A stretch of DNA of 63,356 nt, counting the filler, from Rhabdomonas costata (Eukaryota): assembly GCA_019059605.1 (NCBI GenBank). It is 26 parts of 26 records of this genome, joined end to end, with 100 filler letters (N's around TTAATTAATTAA, not from the genome) between each part and the next. Parts side by side here need not be neighbours in the genome. Positions count along the whole stretch, not along the records: positions 1 to 2,344 come from JAHMHO010003915.1; positions 2,445 to 4,789 come from JAHMHO010003916.1; positions 4,890 to 7,232 come from JAHMHO010003917.1; positions 7,333 to 9,671 come from JAHMHO010003918.1; positions 9,772 to 12,114 come from JAHMHO010003919.1; 21 more parts are not named here. One strand, given 5' to 3'. Positions 1 to 11,984 of the stretch are shown here, piece after piece. The position numbers and the translations under genes were made by a program. Positions within the stretch are counted from its first letter, which is position 1, and every line of letters begins with the position of its first letter. The notes beneath the pieces are model-generated. The model did no database searches. It had not been told where the DNA came from and saw only the letters and a program-made list of their open reading frames with translations.

Positions 1-101
1 GGTGGGTGGTGATCTCGTCCTCACAGAATTTACTGCGTCTCAGTAGTGCTGCCACCTTTTCAGAACTGGTACTCGCTCGGTAGACCATTCGCTTTCCACA
101 G

Positions 102-260
102 GTGTACAACCTGCTCGGCGGGATCTCCCAGTTCGATGACGAAGAGGCAGTGCACCAGCGCGCTCAAGCCGTGCTGGGGGAGCCCCACCAGCACTTCTTG
201 CCCCTGATCACCCAGCTGCAGTTCTGTGAGGACGAGATCAATACCCGAGCAAACAGATAG
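102..260 (+). CDS. Terminal exon resembling the C-terminal helical domain of NIMA-related (NEK) kinases
   Basis: ttccacag acceptor, then VYNLLGGISQFDDEEAVHQRAQAVLGEPHQHFLPLITQLQFCEDEINTRANR*. The LG...LPLIxQLxFCE tail recalls NEK1/4/11-type C-termini. No kinase domain is on the contig. Confidence 0.5.
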   Translation: MYNLLGGISQFDDEEAVHQRAQAVLGEPHQHFLPLITQLQFCEDEINTRANR

Positions 261-877
261 CGGGTGCCCTGGTCCCCTGCCCCAAGCGTTCTTCCCCCCA
301 TCGGGCATTGCTCGGGGGGTCAATTATGGCACATGGTATTGTGAGGCTCGGTTCCCTATTCACGTCCGTGGCTGTAACCGAGAACGCTGCAGACCACCAA
401 ACCACTGTTCTACTGCGGTGGTACCAGTCGCGGTGGGGAGGAACAAATGAATTTTTGTTGCTGAGCGGAGGAGGATGGGGAAATCAAACGGAAGTGGAAT
501 TTGGAAGTGGAATTGGTGAGACATAAGAAGGAAGTACGGCATCAATTTTTTCACGGGATATCCATGCTTTGGAGACCTAAGCGGTTCAAAATGAAGATTG
601 ACAGAAAAAACATAAAAGCTGCGAAATCATGTTTTGTCTGCAGTTTCCGCGTGAAGAAATCTTCATTGCAGCCATTCTTGGGATTGAGAGATTTGCCGTT
701 TCTCACAACCGCTTGTTTTCTCTTGCGCTGCTTTTGAACCCAGGAACCTAACAAGAGAGTGTGCATTCGACTCCACCCCATCCCACCACCACAATCCCAC
801 CCACCTCAGCTCTGGCGCACAGTGGACGTGACTATTGGTTGAAATGTTGGACAGATCCCCTACCGCCGTTCTCGCAG

Positions 878-1526
878 AGGATGCCGGGCAGGTCATTGCC
901 CAGTTCTACGAGGAGCGCACCGACTTGGTCAAGGCCAGTCATGACCGTAATACGGGGGCGGAGGCGGAGTTCTGCAAACAGCGCGACGCCCTTTTCTCCC
1001 ACGGAGAGGTCTCCCGAGTTGGTGGTGGTGGTGGGGAAGAGGGTGAGGACTGAGGATCGGGGTTGGGGGAGAGCCAAGGGTTAGCGTTTTTTGGATCCCA
1101 AAAACGAGAAAAAGCTAACGGAATAGAATTGCAAAATCAGTGGTTCCGAAAAGCTTGAAGAACTCAAAAAAAAAATGTGGGGTGGAATCTGCTCGTAAGG
1201 TGAGAACCCTGGATCAAGAAGCACCACCGCCAAAAAGTCCTGCTGGGCGTTGTTGAAGCGGTGGATCTCGTCAATGAACAACACGTCGTCCATCTTTGTC
1301 TGGAAAACAAAAAAACAGTTCCACATAAACTAGGTCAACGCCATCCTTCTGTTCCACTGTTCTATTCACAACTGTCTGCCACAATCCGGACTTTCTTTAC
1401 CCTGCAAAGGTGTGGGAGCGAGTGGTGTCTCTTATTGACATGAAGGCTGCGAACGAGAAGAAGCCGCAGCAGCGCACGGCGCGGATGCGGCAGCTGCTGT
1501 TGCAGCTCAAGAACGAGGCCAAGTGA
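878..1526 (+). CDS. Clathrin light chain, 3' two exons (878-1008, 1410-1526); 5' exons not found
   Basis: GT-AG splicing in phase gives EDAGQVIAQFYEERTDLVKASHDRNTGAEAEFCKQRDALFSHGE|VWERVVSLIDMKAANEKKPQQRTARMRQLLLQLKNEAK*. FYE, WERV.L.D and RMR.LL.LK are clathrin light chain motifs. Confidence 0.75.
1225..1299 (-). pseudogene. Isolated exon fragment of a WRNIP1/MgsA(RarA) AAA+ ATPase (Walker B region)
   Basis: ttttccag acceptor, then TKMDDVLFIDEIHRFNNAQQDFLAV, against the family motif LFIDEIHRFNKxQQDxxLP. It lies antisense inside the clathrin light chain intron, and no neighbouring exons were seen. Confidence 0.65.
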
Positions 1527-2190
1527 GGTTTCACCGGCCTCCCACCGAACCTCATGATGTCTGTCGTGTCGACGTCGTTGGTGTTGGTCAGAGGGGTGGG
1601 GAATTGTACAGAAGGGGGGATCGCTCACCCCACCCCTTCTCCACACCGACACCCGTTAGAGTGCTCGCTCCCTGTGAGAAGCGGGACCCTTGCCCCCCTC
1701 TCTTGACATGTGCAAAACCGGTGGTGGTTGTCCTCTTTTTGTGCCTTTTTCCCGTCTTGCGCCCATACTGAAGTGCGGTTCTCAAGCTGAACCGAAACGT
1801 TTGGGTTCGAAGGTCGTCCATTGGGGCGCAACTCATCGCGACAGAGCTCTGACAAGATTCAAAACGCAGCACACTTGTGCCCCACGTTCCAGCCCTCGAG
1901 CTAGTTTTCTACACAACATCACTTTAAACCCCTGAATCCCTTCCGGCAGGCGTGTTGGCAAGGGAAGTGGAAGTGAAGTGAGTAAACTGTCGGGTTTGGT
2001 ACATCGGGTTTCGTCCCAACCCTTCTGTCTGTGTTCCGGAGGGGATTCCCGTGCTTTGGGCTGCTTTTGCCGACCTTTTTTCTTCCTTAGGTTGACTCTT
2101 TCCTGGGGGGTGGAACTAGTTTTCAGCTTTCTTTGGTTCTGAGGAAGGCTCCGTCCTTTGTGGCCGTCGTTCCCTCCCGCAGTCGCTATC

Positions 2191-2327
2191 ATGTCATCCC
2201 TGGGTACTTTCCTGGTTGCTGTGGCCCTCTTGTGGTCCTGCCTGTGGATGTGGGTTGCTGGGGAGGGAGGCGCAGTGGTGTCTCTGACAGAGCACACGTT
2301 CAACGAGTTTGTCATGGATCCCACCAG
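2191..2327 (+). CDS. Protein disulfide isomerase-family protein, first exon
   Basis: MSSLGTFLVAVALLWSCLWMWVAGEGGAVVSLTEHTFNEFVMDPT is a signal peptide plus the VVxLTxxxFxxxVxD start of a thioredoxin domain. GT donor at 2328. Confidence 0.7.
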
Positions 2328-2344
2328 GTGACACCACACCCACA

Positions 2345-2444
2345 NNNNNNNNNNNNNNNNNNNNNNNNNNNNNNNNNNNNNNNNNNNNTTAATTAATTAA
2401 NNNNNNNNNNNNNNNNNNNNNNNNNNNNNNNNNNNNNNNNNNNN
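2345..2444. other. Artificial contig spacer (first of 25; recurs about every 2.44 kb up to 60920-61019)
   Basis: 44 N + TTAATTAATTAA (stops in all six frames) + 44 N, the same at every junction. Contigs are all about 2337-2345 nt, as expected from a length-sorted concatenation. Confidence 0.99.
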
Positions 2445-2716
2445 TGTAAAGCTTTCCAAAAATAAAAAAACAGCGGCGATAAGCACGGAAAGCCAAACGA
2501 AAAACTTCTGCAAAACCTTCCCACATCCCCTTCCTCCAGTCCAACGTGCCGCAACAAAGAGCAAGGTCGTAGTCCTGAACATAGGCTCATCTCGTTGGGA
2601 AAGGGAAAAGGCATACTTTTTAGAGAAAACCCTCCCCACTGCCCCCGATAAAAGTACAGCGCCACAGCCTGCGTGCGTGCGTGCGTGCGTGCATCTGCGG
2701 GCGGGCGGTAGAGCAC

Positions 2717-3140
2717 CTGCATCGCTGCTTGCTGGGAGTGGCTGACGTGGGGGTGGAAAACCCCCGAATTGTGTTCAGCGTAGTACGAGCGCTCCTCCGG
2801 GGTCCAGTGCAGGCCCCACACCGAAGTGGTCTCCAGCGGCCCACTGGGACCCCATCGCTGCACACCAAATCCCAAATCCCGAAAAAAACAAAAAGAAAGA
2901 AAACCGTCAAATGACACACACCCAAAACCTCGCAATGAAGATCCCAACGAAGGTGGGAGAACCACCCACCCCGCAACCGATTCCAGCAAAGGAGATCACC
3001 CCCCGAAGCCGTCCCTGGGCATCCTACTCACTGCCGCCTCCCCTCCCACGCCAAACACATAGCCATAGCCCAATGCCCATATCACAATGCACACTCCTCT
3101 GCACGCACACATCCCATACCCCGGGTGGTGCGTTTCCCAT
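2717..3140 (-). CDS. Small unknown protein, predicted exons 3140-3120, 3023-2970, 2857-2717
   Basis: All joins are phase 0 GT-AG: MGNAPPG|DAQGRLRGVISFAGIGCG|RWGPSGPLETTSVWGLHWTPEERSYYAEHNSGVFHPHVSHSQQAAMQ|. The acceptor of exon 2 is weak. Confidence 0.45.
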
Positions 3141-4534
3141 GCTGCGATGTAGCGCCGGACAAGAAAACAACGGGCAAATGTGGAGAAGGGCTGAGACCTT
3201 CCTTCCTGCGAGAGAAAAGATATTCCCCTCGGAAATCCACGGGCAGGGCATCACGCCACCCCTGCTCTTATGGTGTGGTGCCGACGGTGCCTTGCATGGG
3301 CGCACCCAATATCGGAGAGCTCTAGGTGGACGATGCTTTTGTTTGGGAAGTGCATCCTATCCTCCGCCGCGGCATTTTGCAGAATGCTGGCCACCTTCCG
3401 CTTTTTTACCCCTCCCCCCTCACATCACATCACATTTTGCTCTTCTAACTGTATCCTTGTCTGTACAACCCGTGCCCCAAAGTAAGGAAGGGCCTACAAG
3501 AAGCCCAAGATGGTAACCAAAAGAATTCCGAATACGTTAGAGCCCTGCTAGTAGCATTGCGAGAGAAAAAAGGAGACACATCGCTTAAATTAGGGGCAGC
3601 GTTATGCTTGTGGTGGGCACAGAAAACACACTCGATCCAACACTCAAGCTAGCTTTCAGAAACTCAACGGCTACCCTCGTGGGCTCGTGGGCCTTGAATA
3701 CCTCGCAAGCTCAAAAAACTCAGCAAAAGCCCATTCCTGGGAGCCGTTCTTTCCCAACACCCCCCCCCCGCTCTGCCTCGAGACGAAAAGAAACCACCAG
3801 CCTTTGGAAAAATTACAAGAGCAATGGTGCTGCTGAGTGTGCAAATAGACATTCCAACCCCAACTCGTGATGGCCACAGCTCTCCCGTTTGCAAGCCGCT
3901 GTATTGGCTGCAACGCAGAGAGTGAGAGAGCCGGCGCACAAACGGGTGCGCCATGGGGAGGGGATGTGAGACTGACCCAGAAATAACAGAGGGGGCTTGC
4001 CTGAAACCCCGCGAGCCACCACAGGGAAGGGCAAGCGATAGCACGCAAAACCCCAGCACGAGGTTTGCGATGACCACCGCGAGTAGGAAAAAATCAGAGT
4101 GAGCTAGCCGTCAATACAACCAAACTTTCCGGAAGAGTACACGAAACGGAGGGCTTCGGGAAGTGCTGAGCTCACCGAAAGGCTGAGCAAGCACCCACCT
4201 AACCTTTACACATAAATACAAAGCAAGCCAACAAGTCGCCTCCTCTGCTTTTTTGTTTACCACAGCGCAGACCCACGGCCTTTGCCTTTGGGCATGCCAC
4301 CGCGGAGGAGGGACCTGAGAGTGTCACAGCCGCAACGACGCACACAGCTCTTTTTCCGCATTCACGGCCGAAAAAGAAAAAGGAAAAGGAAAAGGGGGGC
4401 AGGCAACCGCGTGGCCGCAGAAGGCGCCCAAGGCGGTTCCAAGACATGAAGCGCAGGCGGAGCCAAGGAGAGAAAAGGAAGGTTGGCCGTGGTGCCTCGC
4501 GGACCTGAAGTGACCTGTAGTGCGGAGAAAGGTC

Positions 4535-4585
4535 TCAGTACCCGCCATAGGCGGCGCCGCCCTGCCCATAGCCGTACCCCGCAGG
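4535..4585 (-). CDS. Terminal Gly/Tyr-rich exon of the adjacent tandem copy of the same small gene
   Basis: cacag acceptor, then PAGYGYGQGGAAYGGY* in phase 0, compatible with the donor at 2716 across the repeat junction. Confidence 0.5.
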   Translation of the reverse strand, partial: PAGYGYGQGGAAYGGY

Positions 4586-5329
4586 CTGTGCAGGCACACA
4601 TCCAACGCCACCCCGGCCCTTGTCCACACCCATTCTCACTCACACCGCCACCGTACACTCGGTGTAAAGCTTTCCAAAAATAAAAAAACAGCGGCGATAA
4701 GCACGGAAAGCCAAACGAAAAATTTCTGCAAAACCTTCCCACAGACCCCTTCCTCCAGTCCAACGTGCCGCAACAAAGAGCAAGGTCGTNNNNNNNNNNN
4801 NNNNNNNNNNNNNNNNNNNNNNNNNNNNNNNNNTTAATTAATTAANNNNNNNNNNNNNNNNNNNNNNNNNNNNNNNNNNNNNNNNNNNNGGGTTTGATGA
4901 ACAGATTCGAACGGTGCTGTTCAACAGAGCGCCAGATTTAGTCGGCCGTATTGCTGTACTTGCTGATTGCAAAGCAATTAATCACCATCCGTCTTCGGTA
5001 GTGGAATTCCGCCCAGAACAGCAATGCGTCCAGCACACTTTTTCCTTTGATGAATTGTTATCGAACGTTCGTTATTTAAACCTTACTGTGTCGCACGACA
5101 AGTTGAGCTCACTGCGCTGTAAATTTAATAATTAGCCCTACCATTATTTAGAATGCTTCACCTGCTAAGTGTGTTTTCGGAAAGCGCCCCCGTGTTTGTG
5201 CCCAGGGGTGTGCGTCACGGATCTGGACAAATTGGTGTGGAAAATATGAAGTTTCAATGCACGTTCTGTTGTTTTCGCCGACTCCCCGACACGCCAATCC
5301 CAGAGAACCAAAAAAGCACCTTTTGTTAC

Positions 5330-5536
5330 ATTGTTGTGCACAATGAATCTATAGCAATCAACTTCAGGGTTACCAAACACGCACTTCTCTGGATTAGAAA
5401 ACATATTCTCTTTCAACAAACTACCAAAAAACACTCTCGGCGCTTCAACATGCTGCTCCATGGTGTTTGTACGCACCAACATATCATCCACATAAGCTCC
5501 AGTCTTGTCTCTTAAATCATCAGGAATGAAGTACAT
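5330..5536 (-). mobile_element. Decayed Ty3/gypsy-type LTR retrotransposon reverse transcriptase fragment
   Basis: AYVDDMLVRTNTMEQHVE...NPEKCVFGNPEV matches the YxDD and KCxF motifs. The flanks are AT-rich and broken by stops. Confidence 0.75.
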
Positions 5537-7619
5537 AGTCCTATAAAACTTCTCTGGAGCATTTTACTAAAGAAATTACCAAGAACTTAAACGTACTTAC
5601 TTTGTCTTAAGAGATTTCAGCTGATACATGTATACAATTGTGATTGCATACAACCGCACGTTCTCCGCAACGTATACACCCGTCAAAACTTGCTGTCACT
5701 ACGCGATCTTGCTCTCAGTCTGGACATGCTCCCAACCACCTTCACTGCTCGTCTGAAACCCACAATAAAGGCCTTGTTAAATCAGATGAATTCTTACCCA
5801 ACGAATCCACTGGAATCCATATATACTAAACAAAGGCAACACTGAGCCACACTCCATCTAAGACTGCAGATGTGGATCGGACCACAATTGTACGCAAACA
5901 TGCGCAACAAGCTGTAGAGTAAGCTTCTTTTGCCAAATGACATCATTAATAACCACAAGCAACCAAAGATTTCTATATCATACGCCGCGTATGCAGATCT
6001 CGTTCAATTTATTCATACACTGTCCAAATCCAGTTTATGCTTTCGCCTTCCGTGCAAAATTTCTGGATCTTTTCTCTTTCTTTCATACAAATAAAATACA
6101 CAAACATGCGCGCTTACAATGCAATAGCACAAATCCCTCATCTATACCTTCCATCGTTTGTTTCCATGCTACACAAGCAACTTTGCCAATCTCTTCTTCA
6201 CAAACTGGAACTAAATAATTGCTTTTGTACAGTCAATATTCTTCCATCCGTATTCGGTGACTTTTGCTTTACAGTAGACTTAAACAACGCGTTCACATCC
6301 TTTTAACATGCGCGCCTCCCTTGGGCTGGCGGTGGAGTCCGTACCTTGCCGCTTTTTACCATCGCACCATTGGTACTGCTTTACATTGATGACCTACTTA
6401 TTGCGCATACAGATCAAAACTATCCTGTCTTCTTTCTTTGGTAAGGCTGCCAATAGGGACCTACAAATGGTGTCATTAAGGCCTTTTGCGGCAATTTCCG
6501 CCGAAAAATCGACCGCACGTGCTAGAAGGTGCAATTGGTCACATGACGTGATAAATGCACCTTTATTGGAACAGATTTACCTATCAGACCTTCTTTGTTT
6601 CAACAAAAAACATCAAAGACATTTCCTTTAATGCGCCCCTAGCCTTCAGATCTGTGCTTCCCTTACACATCTAAAATTGCAGTCCTAGATTTATTATATA
6701 AGAATTTCTTTTTAGGTATGTTTGTCATGATACATTGTACAAAGCAATTACAAAGGGCTCCACTCATTAAAGCCATCGGGCAGCGGGAAGTCAGCAGTAT
6801 GTCCAAGCCACTCCTGGATACCTGTGGGCTTCCGTGTGGGATTGTTACCACACAGCAGCAGCAGCAGCAGAAGCCACGCTTATTGGAACAACATAAGCCA
6901 CAGGTAGCAGCGCACAACCGTAAAACACTCGGGCACCACATGATGGCTGCAGGTTTCCGGGAAGATCCCTCCACATCCAAAGGCTTTCGCATTGTAACTC
7001 ATGCTGGTCGAGGCCTTTATCAACAAGAGGTCCCTACCAAAACACACACAGGGGCAAATTTGAGCTTTTAGGTGAGTTTGCATAGCATTTTAGATTATTA
7101 AAACCATTCATTACAAATCCGGTTTGAAAGACATTTCCGTAGTTACCTCCTAGTGGTTGATGTTATTACGAACCTGTTTGGTAATGAATGGTTTTAATAA
7201 TCTAAAATGCTATGCAAACTCACACAAAACCCNNNNNNNNNNNNNNNNNNNNNNNNNNNNNNNNNNNNNNNNNNNNTTAATTAATTAANNNNNNNNNNNN
7301 NNNNNNNNNNNNNNNNNNNNNNNNNNNNNNNNGTTGGTGAATCGCCTATTCAGACCCAAACGTATCCACTGGTCCATATCTTAGCTTTAATTCCAGATTT
7401 TTGCCGCTAGACCTCGGGGCGACTCCGTTTGGGTCTGAATAGGCGATTCTCCAATTCCTGCCAAACATCTTGCTCTTTTGCACCGAGCGCTGCTTCCGGT
7501 ATCCTCAGGTATCTTTGTCACTGCTTCGGTACTGTCTGTGAGCGCAGAAGATCAACCATCTTCTCCGAGTACTGTGAATTCAATAGTCAGAGCAGACAGA
7601 GCATGACTCAGATTCACAC

Positions 7620-7900
7620 TGGACTGCATCCTGGGCAACTGCATCTCAGATTCGGCTTGGAAGCAGTGCTGCTGCCCATCCGAATGGGAGGTTTCGGGAT
7701 TGAAAACCCGGTACTGACCCAAAGTTTTTCGCCTCTGGCAGATTTATCTCTCCGGTTGGTAGAACAATCCCTCCTTGTGACACCCTGTGGTCCGCTACCC
7801 GCCAGCTCTGCAGCCACACTGAATGCCCGGACCTTCTCAATGGCTCGAAACGAGGACCCTCCCAGCACCTGCTCATGTGGGGAGCTTTCGCCTTTTCGCC
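7620..7900 (+). mobile_element. Decayed non-LTR retrotransposon fragment (post-RT region, CRE/SLACS-like)
   Basis: LLPIRMGGFGIENP matches LPxxxGGLG(I), followed by PSTCSCG. No intact RT is present. Confidence 0.45.
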
Positions 7901-8589
7901 GAACAGTATTGGGCCGACAGGGTGCATCTACAGCTTCAGAAGGAACTCGTCTCTGACGCTGGGACAGGTTGCGGCTAACTAGCGAAAGCCACGAACACGC
8001 AGGTGCGTGGCTCAGTGTGCCTCCGAACGCGAAGATGGGGTTTCTACTTCTACTAAGGAGAATTTTCTGCTGCTAACACACCTGGGACTTCCTCACTCCC
8101 AGCTGCAGCGGCGAGCACCCCCTGCGAGCAGCGGCGACCACCTCCTCTCGTGCCAGCATTCAGGTGCCTGGAAACACCACAACAGCTTCTGCACATAATT
8201 CCTTATTGCTTGTACACACAGTTTTTCAGCTGCTACTTTTGCTGCGTTTTGACCTTGGAAGGAGAGGGAAAGAGCACCGTCGTAAAGCTCCGGAGGAGAG
8301 CGATGTGCCGCAACAGCTCGCTGGCAAAGGCCGAAGGCACCACTTCGTGCAAAAAGGGACGTCTTCAGCAGAAACAAAACCTGCACAACCTGCCGTTGCT
8401 TGGTTTCATTCTTCCATCAGGAAACCTGCTGCCACCGCAGTTTTGTGTTTTCGGTTTTCTACTTCGATCGCCAGCTTCGTTTTTGTACGCTTTCTACCAT
8501 CCTTCAGATTCACTCATTTTCAGATTTCATTCAGTGACTTTTTCCTGGTTGTGTGCAAACCCGCACACACGCGCTTCGCAAAGAAGAAG

Positions 8590-8770
8590 ATGTCATCGGA
8601 GAGGAGTCCTGTCCCCCTGGGCTGGGCCCTTGCAATGGCTGTGCTGCTGCTCCACCCTGGGATTCTGGTAGCAGCAAGTCGTGCGACCCCGCACCGCGGA
8701 GCTCAGGATGAGCCAGGCCTGGCTCCCTCAGAATGGCTCCCGAAGGGCAGCCCACTTGAGGCGGCACAGG
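8590..8770 (+). CDS. First exon of a secreted or membrane protein of unknown function
   Basis: MSSERSPVPLGWALAMAVLLLHPGILVAASRATP... has a hydrophobic signal-like stretch, with pyrimidine tract/AG upstream and GT at 8771. Confidence 0.45.
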
Positions 8771-9625
8771 GTTCGGCAATGCCCCCAATTCAGCCCCCAG
8801 CTTTTGTTGTTAGCATATGTACTAGTCAGTGACGAGGGGTAAGGTTCGTGCCATGTGTAATGAGAGAAGCGAAAAACTGCTCATGGCAACCACCATGTAA
8901 AGCATAGGTGCAGTCCGAAGTTCTTTCAGTGCACAAGAAGCAGTCATTCGCTGACACGTCTTGCAAAGCTGGACTTGTTCACCTCTCAATTCCTTACTCG
9001 TTCCCACCCACCCGTTACCATGCGGAAGTTTGGGTTCCCATGGGACCTTGTTGAGCAGGCTGGGGTGAGCCTTCATCCAAAGCCTGCTCTGGTTTCCTTT
9101 GTCAGGGCCTTTTACACAATTTTTGCATCTCTGTGACGACATTGACGACATTTCATTCGGGAAACACGCTCAGACAGGCTTTTACCAGTGACAAATTGCA
9201 GGTGGCTCACCCGTGTAAAAGTGTTGCTGTTGGTATGCGTCACCATTGCCGGTGAGTTACCTCGCTTTTTGTCGAGAGGTCTTGTTAAGTAGGCACCCTC
9301 GGGTAAAGCAGTATTGGGATTCGGGTCCTTTTAGCTGGGCTCCCGCGGCCCGAGGCTTGCTGAAGACTGGTCGCAGGTCTCGCCCACTGCACAGTGTCCT
9401 GCATGGGCATAGCATCGAACGTCTAAACCCAATCCCAAATAAGTTAATCCAAAATCACTGCGGCTGCGGACGTCCCTCACTCCCTAACCCCATGTCAGTC
9501 CTTCCATTCAAAACTCTCCAAACCGTTGCGCCAGTATTCAAAAGCCCAGACGAATCGCATGTCGCCATCTTCTCGAATATTGAATCAATCGGACTTGCCC
9601 TCACTGTACACAGCACCCCGCCCAC

Positions 9626-9659
<34 letters not shown>

Positions 9660-10995
9660 CGCTGCCACACCNNNNNNNNNNNNNNNNNNNNNNNNNNNNN
9701 NNNNNNNNNNNNNNNTTAATTAATTAANNNNNNNNNNNNNNNNNNNNNNNNNNNNNNNNNNNNNNNNNNNNGGTGGTTGGGTAGGACGGGCTGGTCTCCC
9801 CTTGGCAGGGTGTATATCAACGGTGCAGTTGGCTTGAAATAAATCATCTGAAGAGTCCGCCATCAGCAGTGTACAATTGAAAACCAAGCGGGAGAGGTGT
9901 CCCCGCAGCTAAAAAAAACATATGCGGCAAGAAACGGCCACAGATATGCAATATCTGCAAGATCTCAATGTGCAATATGTTCAAGATTACATCGGATGTT
10001 CAATCCGACCCAACAGCGAAGCAGTATGATTGTGGTACAACTGCAAAGCATACTTCCATTTCTGAACTTATGTACGGAGAAGAGCCATGCAAAAAGTTGC
10101 AATGAAGATGCCTGAAAAATTCCGCAAAAAAACAAAGAAGTGGCAGTGCGCAAAGCCATTCCGGCTCATGCAGCCCTTTCAGGCGCATTACCATATTGCA
10201 CGCAACCTCAGGGACTGTTCACCAATTCCAATGCTTCAGCTATCGTCTCCGGGTCTGAAGACAGAATCTGCAAAACAAACATGCAAGGTTCAGAGTCAAG
10301 GTAGGCAGGGTGTCAGTGAGAGCACCTCACAGGGGCATGCGCAACATCCATGGACATTCACCGCCAACAGAACCCACTACGGCGCAGGTCAGAGCCCCCG
10401 CTCCGCCGCTTCACACAACGAGTACACAGCTACGTGCACGTGTCCAGCCGCGCGGACAGTTCCGCCACGGAGCTTTCCAACTCAGTCACCCACGCCTGCA
10501 GCCCAGGAAGCAGTGACTCGCACACGTTAAGGCCCTCCTGGCTCTCCTGTGAAATTTTTTTGGGGAGGGGGGGCAAAAGGATGCAAAGTGGGGGGGTGAG
10601 AATATTATTCCACCAATCCGCAGAAACATAAAGAAGTCAAGAAAACGCACTGGAGGAAACGAGGTCCTCTGTTTGGACAGAGAAAGACATCCGAACGTAA
10701 GGCCATCGGTCATAAGAGTTCACACATTTTGTTTCGCGTGTTGTGCGCAGCCGCAGTGACCCACATTCCAAGATTCACCACCCCACTGCCTGCACTCCGG
10801 TCTTTCTTTCATGAAAGCGGGAACACAAAAAAGAAAAAAGGTGATGAAATTTACTCTGGCTCTATCCTGGCACTATCCCCCCGCAACTGGTTCAGGGCTC
10901 TCCATATGGTATGGTGACGGAATGGAGCAAGGGAATCTCTCTCCTGCAGAAACCAATCACTCGCACAGCAGATACGCAAAGCAGTGCACACACAC

Positions 10996-11984
10996 CTCGA
11001 CCCCGGCCTTCGCCGTGAGCACTCTCCGCATGGGCTTCGCAAGGCCCTCCACGGCATGTGAGATCTCGTGCTTGTCAGCCGCCAGGCGGGCCCCCAGGGC
11101 TTCCAGCTCCGAGCGGGCTGAGGCAGTGGAGGCTCCAGTCTGCTGCACCGCATTGCGGTCCATAATCGTTTGCTGAGCCTCTTGCGCTGCGTGCTGCGCA
11201 CAGAGAAAGGAGAGGACTGGGAAGACCGGCAAACTGCTTCTCTTGAGCGAACTCGGAAGAAAGGGAGAGACGGAAGAAAGGCAAGAAAGTTAAGGAGCTG
11301 ACCTAATGTTCAAACAACACGTCAGCAAAACACAGCGTTGATCAATTCATAAACCTGGAAAACCGGTGCAGAAGACGAGGAGGGAGGGCGCACAAGGGAC
11401 CAAAAACAACGGCTGGACTTTGGGAAAGTAATAAAACAGTGAGAGGGTTCAGGGCGGATTAGCTCACACACTAATAACCACGCAGCACGATGGAATTATG
11501 TGCAATGTGCAACAAGGGGAAAAGTGCACTAAACTCTAAATCCCATCGCTGAGAAAACGTCGCCTTCAAGTCGTCAGCGCGCCTCCTGCTTCCAGCTCTT
11601 TGAACAACAATTATTCATATCTCCAAAAATATTACCAAAAACTGTGGTACGCCTGAAGTCGGGAATACATCCAATTCATATGCAAATGTACAATTATAAA
11701 ACCGTTCGACATTATGTGCGAGATCCACGTCTGCTTCAACAGGCACTGTTTGCCGCCTATTTCCCCACCGTCATCCCCCACAAGTTAACATGCAAGCGAT
11801 CTCGCACCTCCTTGGCATCCATGTAGTCCTTGCTGAGCAGCTTCAGCTTTACCCAGTCAATCTTCACCTGCCGTTCCATAAGGTAAACCTCGTAGTTCAC
11901 CACGCACAGCCTGTCACGGAGCTTGGACTGCTGCTGGCTCACCGCGGTAAGCTTCTGCCGGCACTGCGTAAGCTTCGCTGTGGT
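10996..11984 (-). CDS. Coiled-coil protein, two internal exons (11984-11808, 11193-10996)
   Basis: Both are phase 0 and flanked by AG/GT: TTAKLTQCRQKL...KDYMDAKE|HAAQEAQQTIMDRN...AKAGVE. Confidence 0.6.

Larger units (their letters stand above)
2445..4789. repeat. One unit (about 2.2 kb) of a tandem array; near-identical 126/127-nt direct repeats at both contig ends
   Basis: 2445-2570 matches 4663-4789 except aaaacttc/aaatttc and cacatcccc/cacagacccc. Confidence 0.85.

Noticed and set aside
1527..1590. GFTGLPPNLMMSVVST resembling an SLC25A39/40 carrier segment
   Set aside because: It is short, follows the clathrin light chain stop and has no acceptor. Chance similarity in the 3' UTR cannot be excluded.
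2389..2400. Regularly spaced TTAATTAATTAA suggesting a repeat array or CRISPR
   Set aside because: It is a synthetic linker embedded in N runs. ORFs containing X or ending in LIN are artefacts.
4124..4194. Hammerhead-like string (CGGAAGAG-TACA-CGAAAC) and a GAAA-capped hairpin in the tandem unit
   Set aside because: The core lacks the invariant CUGA and stem III cannot be formed convincingly. An Infernal/Rfam scan would settle it.
7072..7223. 43-bp inverted repeat (7072-7114 / 7181-7223)
   Set aside because: It is contig-terminal and followed by a primer-like C/A tail, so a fold-back artefact is most likely.
7339..7449. 24-bp inverted repeat at a contig start (similar cases 10-28/222-240 and 26675-26691/26739-26755)
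   Set aside because: Same fold-back pattern. One case copies part of a coding exon, which argues against a transposon terminus.
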